Shown: positions 1-13,738 of the stretch, in pieces
Layout of the letters: each line of letters begins with the position of its first letter
Position numbering within the stretch: position 1 is the first letter of the stretch
NCBI GenBank assembly: GCA_000708835.1
Contig: DF236975.1
Coordinates: forward strand, 62,001 to 126,000
DNA length: 64,000 nt
Direction: 5' to 3'
Source of the DNA: Klebsormidium nitens
Taxonomy: Eukaryota > Plantae > Klebsormidiophyceae
The notes under the pieces: model-generated
What the model was told of the DNA's origin: nothing
The model's input: the letters and a program-made list of their open reading frames with translations, nothing else
The model's database searches: none
Program-made: the position numbers and the translations under genes

Positions 1-740
1 CCCGGCGTGGTTGAATTGGTACGTGCGCTAGCTGCGGCTGAGCGCGACAAGTACGGGCGGCGGCCGGCTGGGAATACCCGGGCGGCCGCGATGGGTTTAT
101 GGAGGGGTTTAGATCTGGGGGAAGGTTCCGTTGCGCTGATCGTGCTGTGCTGACGCGGCACGGAACTGAACCGTTCATTCCGCGGGTGTGCGGAAGAGGA
201 AGGTGGTCAGATGAGAACTGACAGTGAAGCGGAACAGCATCGGAGTGGGGGCGCAATGGCGGTCTGCTAGAGCAGGTCAGGGGGACAGGGGGCTTCAGAA
301 GGGGCTTTGAAAGCTGCTTGTTCGCATACAACCAACCTTCCAGATCTGCATTCAAAGTTGTCAGGCTTGCGGCAACTTTGACAGCTTGAAATCAGCTGCA
401 ATTATTGAGATCTTGGGTCTTCTTGGGTACATTTTTTAGGGCGCAAAGCGCCTGATTTGAGCATAGGCAGTGGGTTCCTGGTACAGTGGTAAATAAAATC
501 TGTCTTTGGCCTGATTCAAGGTCATTTCCCTTGCAGTTCTTGCTAAGAGCCCTTCTAAAGAAACTTTGTTGGCGTACTCTCAAGATGTCTAGCTGACGAG
601 CAGCCATCTTTGGGCCGCTTGTGGGGAATCATGCCCCCTGGAAGAAGACAAAAGTACTCTCCCAGCCCCCCACGCTGGCTTCATCAAGCCCCCCAGTAGA
701 CCCGGCGACTTTTAACCCACTCGCCGAGATTGGTTTCAGC

Positions 741-2405
741 ATGGGTGAGCCAGATCCCGTCAAGTTGGAGCCGCACCTGGTTGCGCAGCCTGTGGCAGAC
801 TCAGAGCCGCAGGAGCAGTTGCACCAGGCCACAGGGGATGATTCACACCAGGCCATTGCGGACGGTTCACACCAGGACATGGCGGACGATTCACACCATA
901 CCATGGCGGACGAATCACTTCCGGCCATGGGGGACGATTCACACCAGGCCATGGGGGAAGGCTCACACCAGGCCATAGGGGCCAATTCACACCTGGCCGT
1001 AGAGCCGCAGGAGAAAGCGGAGCCAGAGACAGAGCTGCAAGAGAAAGAGCTTATGTTGCTGGAGCCCCAGGAGAAGCTGTATGCATCGCCGGACTCGCAG
1101 GGGCAAGAGAAGGCTTACTCAGACTCGCACGAGAAGGCGTACAACGAGCAGAACTGGCAGATTGTGGCTCTGGGGAGCGTGTGCCAGCTAGAGGGGTGCA
1201 AGTATGCGGGGGAGAACGGTGCCTCACGGCGAATGCACCGGCACTGCCTGCAACTCACGCCAACGGGGGCGAGGTGTACGTACAATACGGAGAGGACGTC
1301 GAACTTGCCGGGGCATGACCGGGTGCATTTGAAGGGGGAGTTGGAGAAAGAGGGTAAGTTACTGTTAAGGTTCCTCGTGTTTCGAGAAACTTGGTAGCAG
1401 AGGTGACGCAGTGCGAGGTTTGATGCCTCGGGGGGTGAATGCTTCAGCACTAACGGGAAGGGAGCTTAATGAAGTGGGTGCTACCAACATTGGTACTTAC
1501 CACGTCTTTCTTTCCATCTAGGAGGCCATGCTTCTTGAAGATTCTGCGCAGATCACTGATCTATTGCGGAGAAGGAGTTGCAGGTTTAGATAGGTGTCCT
1601 GTCGAAGGAGAGTCACACTTTTAGCATACCCTCTGCAGTAGTTTTTACTTGTTGCCCCAGTAGGAATGTGCCCCCAACTCGTCATGCGTTGCGATTCATC
1701 AGCTCTTTACCCGGACAAATGCTTCATGAGCCAATTTTGTTGTGGCTGCAGAAAAGCATGGTTGGAACAAGTGTAGCTCTTTGAGACTCTATGACGTTTT
1801 AAGGTTTCAAAGGCTTTTCTCATCGTTTCTGGTTGCCTGTCCATCTCGTACAAGTCACTTCTCATGCTGATTTGCACCCGTTCTGACCCGTTTTGAGTCT
1901 GTTCGGCACATTCAATTCGTCCTTGGGTGAGCCTAAATGAACTAGGGCCTTACAAAGATGCTCTTTTCGTATTAAAGATCTGGTCGTTGTGAGCACCTCC
2001 TGGGTCTCTGGAGCACTCTTGAAAATGATATGCAGACGGTTGACATTTGAAATTTCCCCTCCTTATGCAGAAGCAGGGCATGGTGCGCATAGTGGCGACA
2101 GCGGCAAGCCGAAGAAGAGCCTCAAGAGGAAGGCGGAAAAGACCCTGACTGAGGGCCAACAGACTGCGTTTGCGGATGTTGGGGCGTCAATCGAGCAAAT
2201 GGCCGATCTTCAGAGAAAGGGAATTCAATTCGTGGAAGATTGCCGGTTGTATCGACCAAAGGAGATCAAGGACTGCTTGCTCGGAAGCCCTCGGGAGGAA
2301 AAGCGCGAGACAGAGGCACGACAACTACTCGTCAAAATAGATTCCTTTCTAAGAAAGTCGGGGTGCTCAATTGGGGACTTGGATCTGGGCTTCGGTGAAA
2401 GCTGA
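741..2405 (+). CDS. C2H2 zinc-finger protein with an N-terminal 8-aa tandem repeat (2 coding exons: <=741..1353 and 2071..2405; true start uncertain, frame open from 621)
   Basis: ORF 621..1397 contains C-x9-C-x12-H-x3-H (CLQLTPTGARCTYNTERTSNLPGHDRVH), preceded by a degenerate C-x4-C-x12-H. Donor G|GTAAG at 1353/1354 (phase 1) joins acceptor TATGCAG|AA at 2070/2071 in frame with ORF 1989..2405 (...KPKKSLKRKAEK..., basic NLS-like patch). Confidence 0.6.
837..1004 (+). repeat. 24-bp coding minisatellite, 7 units (plus a partial unit at 813-836)
   Basis: Units such as GATGATTCACACCAGGCCATTGCG, GACGGTTCACACCAGGACATGGCG and GACGATTCACACCAGGCCATGGGG translate to DDSHQAIA, DGSHQDMA, DDSHHTMA, DESLPAMG, DDSHQAMG, EGSHQAIG, ANSHLAVE. 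Confidence 0.9.
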
Positions 2406-2599
2406 GCGTGTGTTTGCGGTTTGAGTCCTGTGGCTTGGCTTGTGCGCTTGCTATTTGTATATACCATAGGAATTTATCGGCACCCTGATGCAATAAACGC
2501 TGCATTAGACCAACTGGAATAGATCACTCAACGAGCAGAAACGAGGTGATTCAACGTATGCACACAGAAGCGCAGCCTTACAGATGGTCGTAAGTAGAT

Positions 2600-3300
2600 A
2601 GTTACTGCTTCTCGCGTCCCATGATGTTGGCAACATTTTGTCACCCACGACATCTCAGTGTCCCCGTTTCTTGGCTGTTACTAAGTCAGCATATACACCC
2701 TCTCACCATCACATATGACCGAACGTCCTCGGATGCATGCCGGCCGGCCCGATCCTAGTGCACTTCGATCGTTTTCCATGCGCCTTGCCTTTAGCATGTT
2801 CGACTTTCCGCATGACTCGGTTTCTCATGGGTCAATTGAATTGTATAGACGTATGACAATTGCATTGCAGCCAGGCATGTATGTGTGCGCACTGCTGCGG
2901 CATATGATAATTGGCACACATGCGACCGTTCGGACCATGCGACCATTCGGACATTACTCGGCTGCGTATAGCTTGGCCGCGGGCCAGCAATTTATGCGCA
3001 ACTATATACTAATTCACATGCATAACATATCCAGAGCTAGTGCAATTGGTCCGGGCCGCCCCGCACGCGCGCTCTGTATGTTGCATGACAAATACATTCA
3101 GCCAATTGCTAGTCGATCTCAGCGCCTGCATAACATGGCACCCAAGGCCAGCCTGTCTGCAGCTCTCAGTGATACTTTCTTCTTTGAATATCGGTCGCAT
3201 GCTGTCTGGCTACTGTAAGATACTGTAAGACTTGCAAGACGTGCTCCGCTCATGAACACGTCCACCATGCGATCGAGCGGCCGCTTTGAAGTTTACTGGC
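2600..3300. repeat. CATG/TGCA/CTAG-rich degenerate interspersed repeat (probable old transposon relic)
   Basis: Reverse complement of 2739-2762 (TGCACTAGGATCGGGCCGGCCGGC) resembles 51061-51084 (TGCACTAGGACGGCCGGGCCGGCC). There is an internal 17-bp tandem duplication at 2919-2952. No credible spliced coding signal. Confidence 0.4.
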
Positions 3301-4735
3301 AACCGTGCCAGCCCCAACCCCAAAATCTTGCTTCGATTAAAAATGCATTGGATGGCAGCTTGAAGGCGTGAGTGATATAATACTGCAGATATTAATACAC
3401 TGGGTCTGCGCCAAGGTGCACAACTCCCTGTTTCGACACGGCCTGGCTGGCGTCCCCCGTGTTCCACGGCCGCTATGCCCCACGTGGCAAATCTGGAACG
3501 TTGGGAAGCTGATTCTACTTCGACAGCTTCTCCGGAGTCTCAACAGAGTATTGCTCCCGCTGCTTCTAGCTATGTTCTGGGGTGCGTCGTCTCGTATCTA
3601 TTCGATTGGCGTGCTTAACACACGGCCGCATAGATGGACACCACTTGTGTGTGAGGAATGACGGGCATACGTGTAGAACTCCTCAAAAGCTGGCGCCGTC
3701 CTGCACGCGCGCGAGAGACACAAATATCACTCCTTTGACTGATCGTTACCTCGGTGTGTACAGGGGCGCCATTTCAACCCCAGCTCCAAATTAAAGCGGA
3801 CTTCCGGAACAATTCGTGCAGACATTCCAAGTGACGCCCCTATGGAATGAGACACGCTTCGTCACTATCTCTCTTCGGCTGCCTTCTGGCCTCCCGCATG
3901 ACTTCTTTCCGCTCTTTTATTAAGTGGTAGCTGCAACAACTCCCCCAGTCCCTGGCCGCATGCACCTTTCCTGGCTCTTCTCTCGATTCCTACGATTTTG
4001 AAAAGTTCCTGAAAAGTTGTGTCCAGGCCAACTTTTGCCGAATACTCAAAGCGTTGAAGAAGAGTGCTTTCCATTCATTGTCACCTCCAGGGAAACCAGA
4101 TACGCAGGACTTGATACAAGGCCTTCGCTTCACCGTCATTGAGTTTCGTTCGTAAAGCAACTCATGCGGCGCACTTGAGGAGGCCAAATAGAGCCTTCCA
4201 ACATTTTACTATCTGCTGACTCTTTGTGAAGGTGTACCTCTTGCAGTCGAAAGCAAGGACGTCGGAAAAGTCAGCAAGCTTTCAGTAAGATTCCTTCAGC
4301 CACGCTTCATGATGGACACACCTTCACCTAGTGAGCTGTCAACTTTGGGTCCTGTTCACATCAAGGGAACTGAACAGAATGGTTACACGCTCCCGTACTG
4401 AGTCAGCTCGTTTTCACCAATGAACAGTGGCATGCGCCAGATCCGTCCGTTCTTCATGGCCGACTTTTCCGATTGAACTGGGCACCTTCCGTCGGTATCC
4501 GATCCAGAGCGGAGCGGAAATGGCAGACGGGCGGAATCGAGGTCTCGATCAGATGTTAATCTGCAAGAGAAACGGAAACGGCCTCATCCTGGGGCCTGAT
4601 GCAATTCGGTTCTCAAAACATGTATGAGCGGATGTGTCTTCTTACAATATACCCAGGGCTCTTCCAACCGAAGCAGCATCCAGCTGATCCAAAGGAACTC
4701 CACGCCAAAGGCCGACGGACAAATTCACGGTTACC

Positions 4736-7698
4736 CTCTGTACGCGCGCTGACTACCAGACTTGCCGCTCGGGTTACTGGACAATTAACCGGGATTTAAC
4801 CCTGTTTAGCGGCTGGTCAACGCCCAAGTCTGGTTACTGGACATATAACCAGTTTCTAACCAGCCCAAAACTGTCCTTGGTTAAGGGCCAAAACTTCCTG
4901 TATATACTGGCCGGCTTGGTTTGTGCAACTTTGATCGACCTGATTGCCAGACCAAGGAACATAGCCCTTCTTTAATATGCCGCCAATACTGGTCAGAAGC
5001 GCACGCGAACATCAACGGAAAGGAAAGATATAACAAATTCTTGCAGATCTCCAGAGCGTCCAGCACATCGAAATGCACTCAAAATCGTCCCCCACCGCCC
5101 TCGTTGGGACCCTGACGTAGTGATTAACAGCTCGTGGAGCGGCGGCCCTTCATGACAGTTGGACGGAAGAAAGATATGAATCGGATGGATCAAATTGATA
5201 TAGGCCTCGAGGCCAATGAAAAGGACGGAACAGTCCTACGACACCTCTGCCGAAACTCCTCTCCTTGGATCAAGATCTTACCCAGCTATTTAAGAAGCAC
5301 TTCGAGACTGATTCCGTCGAAATTCTGGCAATGGTTATTGGGCGACACACTTTCTTACGGCGTCTCTAGGTGTCCATCCGAAACATGTCGAAAAACAGCT
5401 CAAAAGGCGTGCAAGAATGAACAACCGTCGATTGAAAGAAATTCGGACGACTATCGCAGCAACCAACACTGCAGCTCCTGTCCGCATCTGGCTAATGGCA
5501 ACCAATATTGGGCACTTCCAAACCAGCTGCACTTGGCGTCGATTGGCTTTAAAGGTACCGGAACTTCTCTCTAGCAGTTTGCACCAGACAGTTCTACGTC
5601 TTCACGGCCAGCATGAGTTGCAGCCAATGCGTGCAAAGCGCCAAGCCACTAGAAAAATTATAGTTGAAGCATCGCTGGGCGGAGCAGCTTTGATTCTGCC
5701 ATCCGTTTCGTTCACTTCCCTGCCCTTAAAGACTTTACGTGCGTGATCGGGAATACCTGATTTTCCTGATGCATGTCTCTGACGCTTCGAAGGGGCCAGG
5801 CGCTCTAGATACCTAAGAAGGATTGCAAGGCCACCTAGATTGCAGAAGCGTCGGGTATGAGAGTTGTTTCTTTGGACACTGCCCACAAATTCAAACGTCG
5901 TTTTTTCAACGACCGCTTGAGAGTTCGAGTGTCCTTTAAACCCTCGCTGTTTGCTTCAGATTGAGCTTCCCGTCGGAACCCACAAATCAAAGGTTTCATG
6001 TGTAAGGTGGATCTGGTACATGGCAGGTAATTGTGACATGTCGCTTGGGAATGGCTCCTTGCTTAAGACGTATTGACTCTCTAGCGCCAGCTCTTTGGTG
6101 ATTGTCGACGGTGAAAAAGATCATAGTCACGCGGGATAGGCGCTGATCATACGCCAGTAAAGGCTTTCGTGATTCTTAGCCGGCTCAATTGACATCAAGA
6201 CGCTTGGCGGGGCCGCCAGGCGTTCCCTATCTTCCTCTCTTCATTGCCTTTGATGCCACTAGAAGCAAACTGGATAGATTGATATTTGATTCGTTTCTAC
6301 GGTCAATGCAAGTGGATGATTTGAATTGAGAGCAGTAAAACTTCTTGGCTTCGCCTTTACAACGAAGCAGCCCTCCAACACCGTTTCTCCGGCTCAGCGA
6401 GCGACTGGATCTCAGTTCCTTTCTGACAGACATGTCATTATAAGCGCTCCTCCTCCTTGCCCCCCGCAGACGTCATTCAGATAAATAAGCACTGGAGTAA
6501 GTCTGGGAAATTTCTTGATGAATCATTACAGGCTTACACTATCACGCCTTCAGCCCAACCACGGCGGCTCAATCAGGGAAACGTGTCACACTAGTATGAC
6601 TGCGCTAGCCACAAAGCGCCCACGAAAAAGTTGGTGAGCACTCGCTCAGAGAACTAAGGGCTTGGTTGGCAGAGCTAGAAGTGCCAACAAGTTTTCCTCA
6701 TCCTTGCGGCTTCCATAAAAAGAACTGCGCTGATAAGCGGACCACAAACCACAAACGATTCCACAAGCCCAAGCCTCGAGGATTCCGTCGGCGACCTCCA
6801 CAGGAATTGCTCGTGGAAAAGGAACAGATACCCGCGAGGAGCGTGATATGGGCTCCACAATTGGTTGACCCAACTACTGAAATCACCGTGCAGACATCGG
6901 TGTCGCTGGTATAATTCCCCAAAGCTGACTCACATGTTCCCCTAGCCTCGGTCAACTGGGCCTGACACCACGGACTTAAAGCAGTTTGCTTGTGAGTCGT
7001 AATCAAGATCTGCCCCGTAAAGGTGATTGTACAAGCAGCTGGCATTCATTTAGACCCTTGTTGACGTTACTTATGTTGACCGTTATTACCCAACGACAAC
7101 CAGCAACAAACACGCGCTCAAGATAAGCTGCCGTTTGAGCTTTGCCGCAACACCGACTACCCACTTGTTCCCCTGAGACTGGAGCCTCCACGTTACCATC
7201 ATCAGCCTCGAACGCATGCTGACTCTAATCAACTTCTGATAAGGACGGCCTCATGTTTGCGTCGGCTCAATTGCTGTGACGTACTGAGCTCCACCTTAGA
7301 CCGAGAATTACTGCTCATACGATCGGCTCAGGTAAGCTAGAAGTCTCTCTCTGGCAACGCCGTGTCCATGCCAGAAAGGTCCTTCACAGCCATCTCTTTG
7401 TTCATTAGGCGCACGGATCAGGAATAAGAGATGCTTGAAGCTGATAGATGTTGCCTGTGCAGGTTCAGCGACTGTATCCCGTCACTCGACCCGGTGATCA
7501 ACCACAGGAAGGTTTGGCTGCTAACCAGGTTCACTAACCAAACTTCAGTCTGGTTCGCTGACCAATAACCGCGTCACAGCCATGTTAGCAACCTGGTCAC
7601 TACTCGAGGCTGGTCATTAGACAGTTGACCAGCTTCGAACCAGCCCTTAACCGACTATGGTTAACTGCCGAAAAACCCTGTGAACGTGCGACTCAGAG
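4736..7698. mobile_element. Putative decayed DNA transposon with long imperfect terminal inverted repeats and AACCAG/CTGGTT subterminal motifs
   Basis: 4878-4901 (TGGTTAAGGGCCAAAACTTCCTGT) matches the reverse complement of 7504-7527 at 20/24. GCTGGTCAAC at 4812-4821 equals the reverse complement of 7624-7633. CTCTG at 4736 pairs with CAGAG at 7694. No TSD or intact transposase was recognised. Confidence 0.45.
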
Positions 7699-10600
7699 CC
7701 GATTTAGGTTTTCAGAAGCTTCTTGACCAATCAATGAGTGGTCAGCTTCCTAGGCTCATCCATGTCTGGGAAGAACCTTTTCCGTAGAAACGATTTTGAA
7801 AAGTGTATCCATGAAAGAGTGAGGCAATCTTCAAGTGATTTCATAACGAGAGGAGGCCGGCCCACAAATTTCATATTTTAAGACTTCTTTTGCAAAAGAA
7901 GTAGGAGTTTTTCATGTTCGCTCATGTATCCTTCGAGTTGCAGACATTCTGAATGCTTCAGAAGTGCCCAACTGAGCACCGCGTCTAACAGGTAGCGCTC
8001 GCGCAAAACCGAAAAAGAAGGCAAACTGTGTTAACGAACACAGGTGTTATGATTAAGAAGGTGCTAAACGGGAAGTGCGGGCAAAGCTTTCAGGAAGTGA
8101 AGAAGAGTAAGTGCCAGTGACTTGGAGAAAAGAGCTCGAGCGATTTCAAAAAAGTCCGAGATGCTCAGAACCAACCCGAGATGCTTGTGTACACTTGTGC
8201 GCCATGCGCACCAAAACGGTAGCCCGGTGAAGAAAGAAGAAAGCCCAAAACGGATCTGGGCTCCCTTGGCCCTAGAATCAAAGGGGCGAAGTTTCGTTCG
8301 GACGAGAAAACGAAATAATACGTGTTCAAATACGGAATAAAACGTGTTTCTGACGTGAGCATTCTATCGGCAGATATGGTACAACTATCGCTCGCATCAA
8401 AGTTTTACCAGCACAAATTTGTTGGATGAATTCGCACGTAAGAAAAGCTAGTTTGACGTCACGATGCAAGCGTTTTGCCCTTATGTCATTCAAGGTCACC
8501 ACTGCGTCGTTGCAGCTTCCACACAACAAGCGGTTGCAAGAGTTGGGCTGGTAAATTCGGACGTCAAGGCTGCAGTCGCAGATTGAGAAACGCTGTGACG
8601 GGAGGACGGCTCAATAAGACCTGTCGGCTTCAAACAGAGGAATGCGATTCTGAGCACCTAACCAGGTCTCAATCTGCTTAGCATCGTCCTTGCCAGAGAA
8701 TATAAAAGGCACTCACAGCACTCTGGACATCTTTCATGTCGAGAATCGAGGATTGCAAACGGTCTGTATTTATAAGGTTCTCATTTTAAGACCTTGCATT
8801 GATTTGAGGCGCCGGAACAACGTCGGATGTGGAAACGAAGCGATGTAATAAATACCACAAACGATCAACCGTCTTATTTTCCTCACTGAAACAAGGACAA
8901 AACGGGATGAAAGGAAGCTTATCGATCCTTCGTAATCCTCTGCGAGCGGAATAGGCAATTGCTACTCGGAGTCTGGCATACCGACAGCTCTTTTGAAGGC
9001 CTTTCGTATAAGCAGATCATGATGACCAGGTTTGGCATCGGCAGCCGCTTGCGGCTTGCATTGGAGCGAAAAAGCTGCAATGGGCGTTTTGAAAGCCCAT
9101 CTTATGTAGTTGAATCTCACGGCCATCTGCAAGCTGGAAAAAAATAATACTGACTAGGCCGTCGAACGTGAGGTGAAATGTTTGTCAGCCATCCGTTTAG
9201 TAGGCGCTGGACAATTGAAAGAAACCAGTTGTCGTCCAGGAGTGCTACATTGAAAACCTGAAGCCCTTTACCCAATCATCCTGCTGGCGCCATCGAGTTC
9301 GCAGTCACCATTTGTTTTGAATCCAACTTATTCTTCAGAAAATCTTTGCTACTTAAACCTTTTTCCACGAAAGCACCATCATGCGAGTATAGCTTTTCAT
9401 TGCCCCCGCACTTACAGGCCATTGTTAAGGGGTGCAAAACCGATGCAAAATTACCAGTTGGTCGACAAGAACGACGTCATATTAGATATTGCATGCGAAG
9501 TCACACGGAAGAGAAGCGTGCAAGCGCTTTGCTTTTAGCCCAGCAGCCGTTGAAGCTGTGGGCATGCAATATTGTGTATATCCGTGCAGGACGTACTGGG
9601 CACAGAAGCGAAAAGCGGGGAAGGAGAAAACGGTTTCATGTGCCACGTGCCGTAAGCGTTTCCACGTGGCTTAATAAAAGGGAGAGTCCTTCGACTTGTG
9701 GGCCGGCTCTACCATTGATGATGATGCTCATCAACACTACTGGCAGCGACGCTACGCCAGGGCAAAATATCATTGCCCACACACAGCACTCAGAAGTAAA
9801 GTTTCATGTCAAAGGGCGACGCACCGACAGCCATACAGGAGAACAGGAGTATTGAAAGCTGCAACACAGAGGAAGCACACTGAAAGCGGTTCTAACTTGC
9901 CGTGTAAAGCGCCGCACCCCGCTCAAGGCCACGGGCCTTAGTCTGGCTGTTCACCGCGGCTTGTTCTCAGTACGAAACGAAAGATCACGAAAGACAATGA
10001 CGCTTTTCTCTAAGTGACAGGAGGGATGGCGGGTCTCCTGTGTTTCCTAGCGAACTTTCGATCTCCTGGAAGATGTAATCAAAGATTTAGAACAAAAGGC
10101 TTGTCGAAATATGCACCGCAAACGCAGGCCGTCGACTTTTGCTTCGACTCCACTGTTTCCGAGAAACAGGTCAACGCGTATATCCTTCTTTTCATTTTTA
10201 ATGCACTATATGAGCGTGACTTCTTCGACCTGTTGGGCGATTTATTGGCAGGCGGCTTCGAATCAATGGCTCGCCTTCACTTTTGACTGACAGCCTAAAC
10301 AGATGCCAGATTCTGTTTTGCTTCTTCATTGCCCCTGACACAGACGCATCTCCGGTCTATTGGTGCATCGCTAGAGGCCAGTGACGTGCGGGCGACTGGG
10401 CCTCTAGTCAGACGAAATGGTGTCGAAGACGCGCAAAACTCTTTGGTTTGGTCATCGGAGGTTGCGGCCGTATATCACACTGGACAATCGCCCTAGTGCC
10501 GTTTGTGATGTGCAGTGCTCATTCGTTGCAACGTTGACAAAGAAGAGTGCACGATTTGATTACTCGAACGCTCAGCTTTTAGCTGCCAGCTATAAATCCA

Positions 10601-13600
10601 TGGAGGACTTCGGAAACCATGGACTGGTTGCGCCTTGACAAGCACCCTAGCAAGCAGAACGAGCGAAGCAGCAACTTAATTACTGAGACCAATGTCCACT
10701 AAGTACCCTCTAAATCAATGTCTTTGTTATATTGCTTCTTGCGGGCTTGCGGGTTATCTATTTATGTGCCTTTCATACGCACGGGCTTCAAGAGAAGTGT
10801 CCATGTGCACTTATATGATGCAATTTAGTCCTGCAGTGCCCCTTCTTCTGGACACTCCGATTTGCCGCGAAAATGAACGCTTATGGCTCTTCGATGCATT
10901 TCCCGCGGGGCTCAGATCCCGAAGGATCAGCTACTGACAACTTCTAAGTTGCCAGCTCGTCCAAGAACTTCACTGCCCCTTGTCAACCTATCCAGCGGCA
11001 CAATCCGAGCACCAAATTAAAGAAAAGTGAAACAGACGTCATAGTCATCTCTAGTAATACATGACGGCTTGAATCTTTTCTCAAAGCCAGGAACGAGAGG
11101 TTGGTTGAGAAAAATGTCACGAGCCTTCCTAAGTGGATCTGTAAACAAGCTTGCCTCCTGTAGTACTGCTCTGGAAATATGGAGCGGACGTCACAAGAAT
11201 CCTTTCGACGGTCATTTTGAGGAATTGGTCTCTCGGACATTGGATTACTGCCCAGCTGCTACTAGTAGAATCCTGGAACTTTCGTAGAAGGTGTCGTGCC
11301 GTGCCTTCTGTGTAGACCTTGTCACCGATTAGCCACCTGCAGGCAGCAAAGTGAGTGGGATTATCTGACGTGTTGATCGGCGGAATCCAGCGGCTCAAAA
11401 TGCTCACCCAATGCACCATTGGCTGCTTTGCCGCCTTTGATGGGCTCATCCTTGCCGAGACTCTACGAACTGCACTTGCGACCTTGTCAAACGGAGCGAA
11501 AGAAGATTCGAAACGGGACGTTCAACAGCCATAGCAGCGGCATCGTGCAGAAAATAAACAATCAAAACAGGTGGCAAAAACGAGCACATGGGCGGTCCAC
11601 TTGCAATCAGTCCTCTTCTCCGGCGGCAAGCTTTGCGAACTCGGAGCGCCAGCACAGTGGAACCAGCGTGTTTGCTGCTAAAGGGTTTGCCGTTGCAATT
11701 CCTGCTTCGATGCTTTGTGTTACGTATCTCAGTGCAGAAGGAAAGAAGCCGGCAAGCTTTTACTGTACTCGAAAAATCATTGAAACGATAAAACGGAGGG
11801 AAGAGGCTTGACACTGAAGAACTACAGTCAGATGAAGCTTCTTCTTGGTCGAAAGCCCTTCTTGGGAAAAAGTACGTTTCAAGGCTGACGAACGCAACCA
11901 GACAGCGACCGGACAAGAGAGGTTCGACGGCTAAGAGCCACAGAAAAATTCAAAAGCTACAAAATGCCCAGTTGGGTGTGTATCGAGCAGGCATGAGCGA
12001 ACGAGGCGCACGACGGCAAACTCAGAACAGCCGTGCCGTTCAGGATGCTCAACTTGTTCAAAGTCAGAAAATAGGCCGTAACCTCCAATATTTTGGAAAG
12101 GGCGCTCTTCTGGTGCTTCGCTTGCATCGGCCTTTCCGAAGATCACACACGAGAGCCACGTCATTATGCTCATTCGGAACACGTCGGTTATGCAAGTTTT
12201 GAGATCCACGTCAACTGACTCTCTAAAGGTGTCACTTTCATATGACCAAAATTGGCTTCGAATGTAAGCGGGGCCTAGCTCCAGTTCGGCCGCCACTTTC
12301 CGGCGCGGTGTGCTCCGGTTTGAGCACGATTTGGGTCCTGTTTGAAGGCAAAGCGCCCTGTCGACCCGCATCTGGTGGGAGGCTGCAGAAACTAAAGCGC
12401 GAAGGCCAATGGAAGGGCAAATCCATGGCGCTGTCAAACAGCTCACAAGGGCTGAGACGTAGTTTGCAAATGATGGAAGTCAGCAGCTTCGTTCGTGCTC
12501 CTGATGGCTTTTTACGTATTCGTTGGTGACCAGCAGGATAGTCTTGAAGGTTTTGAAGTGTGAGGTACGGCTTTGGGTAAGCTTAAATGCCCGTCTTAAA
12601 GGCTACAGCTGCACCCAACGGAATTGACGTGGCCCCAAAGCTCGACAAGTACCGAAACTTCATGCAACAGAACGACGTGGAGTCCCCTCGAAACAATTGT
12701 CCCTTATTCGGCGAGAGTTTTTACTACCTCGGTACGAGGCAGGCAAGTCTGGCACGCTTCTTTTGTATACTAGACCCCCGAGACAGCTCCACAGAGCTAA
12801 TATCTTTTATAAGAATGAATTACGACGTTCCATGTGACTCTAGTAGGTAAAAAGACACTTACGACAATTGTATCGAACTGTCCTTCACGTACCAACCGGA
12901 TTGCAAAGAAAAGATTACCTATCTTAAAATACGACTGACAACTTGACTGTCATTAAACACTGCTGTCGTTTTTCGGATGATCAGGTCACAGCGCCTCAGA
13001 TCAGCCTAAACCCGGTCGAGACATCGTCGCCATGTGCCGTGCGATCTTCCTGGGCACTTCTCTCGATTCAAAACGACTTCCTTTTGAGCAAAGTAGCATT
13101 CTCAAGTTCGGACCAGAAAGGGGGCAAAGAATCAGTCTAGAATTATTTACGTGTTTCAGAATCATACGACTGGCGATATGATCCAATCCGGACGAGAAAC
13201 ATTGAGGATGTGTACAATCAGAGAGACCAATGGCAGTCGTACATCACTTAGAACACTTGATGCGTCAAAGTTCATCCGGGCTCGCCGCCTATGCAGCAGC
13301 GACATGTCCAACCGAAACTTGCAGGGTCACTTGCTTGCATTTTCTTTTTAATCGGGTTTCTATGGCATCTATTTCGTCCGGGGCTCAGGAACTAGAGACC
13401 ACTTGCTTGACAGCTCAGACATTGCCAGACGGTCCAAAATCCTCACTGCCCTCCGTCACACACCTATCCAGCGGCATAGTTTCAGATTCAAGAAAGACGA
13501 TGTGACATTACCCGTCCTCGAAAGTCCGTGCGCTCAAAAGTACGAGGTCAGTATGTTCAGCTTAAAGGATATGAAGACATGCGGTTCCACGAAATGCGTC

Positions 13601-13738
13601 CCTCAGCAAGCGTGCCTCCAAGCAAATCTGATTACAGTGGGTAAAGATGCGGACGTCACATCCAATGCTTTGACCTTGAAGTCGCACTTTATTGGTCTGT
13701 CAGACGCACGCTAAGAATGAGAGGCGTTTGAATTGTCT

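Noticed and set aside
1-213. Open frame 1 (PGVVELVRALAAAERDKY...) at the window edge
   Set aside because: It could be the tail of an upstream CDS, but it is short, truncated by the window and has no recognisable motif.
1522-1582. Possible extra exon (CTAG|GAGGCC...GCAG|GT) in the zinc-finger gene
   Set aside because: Joining it to the phase-1 donor at 1353 gives an immediate stop. Direct splicing 1353/2071 is in frame.
2715-3218. 167-aa ORF (also 51215..51829, 204 aa)
   Set aside because: Both lie in CATG-rich repeat-like DNA with no domain, splice context or codon bias; likely incidental.
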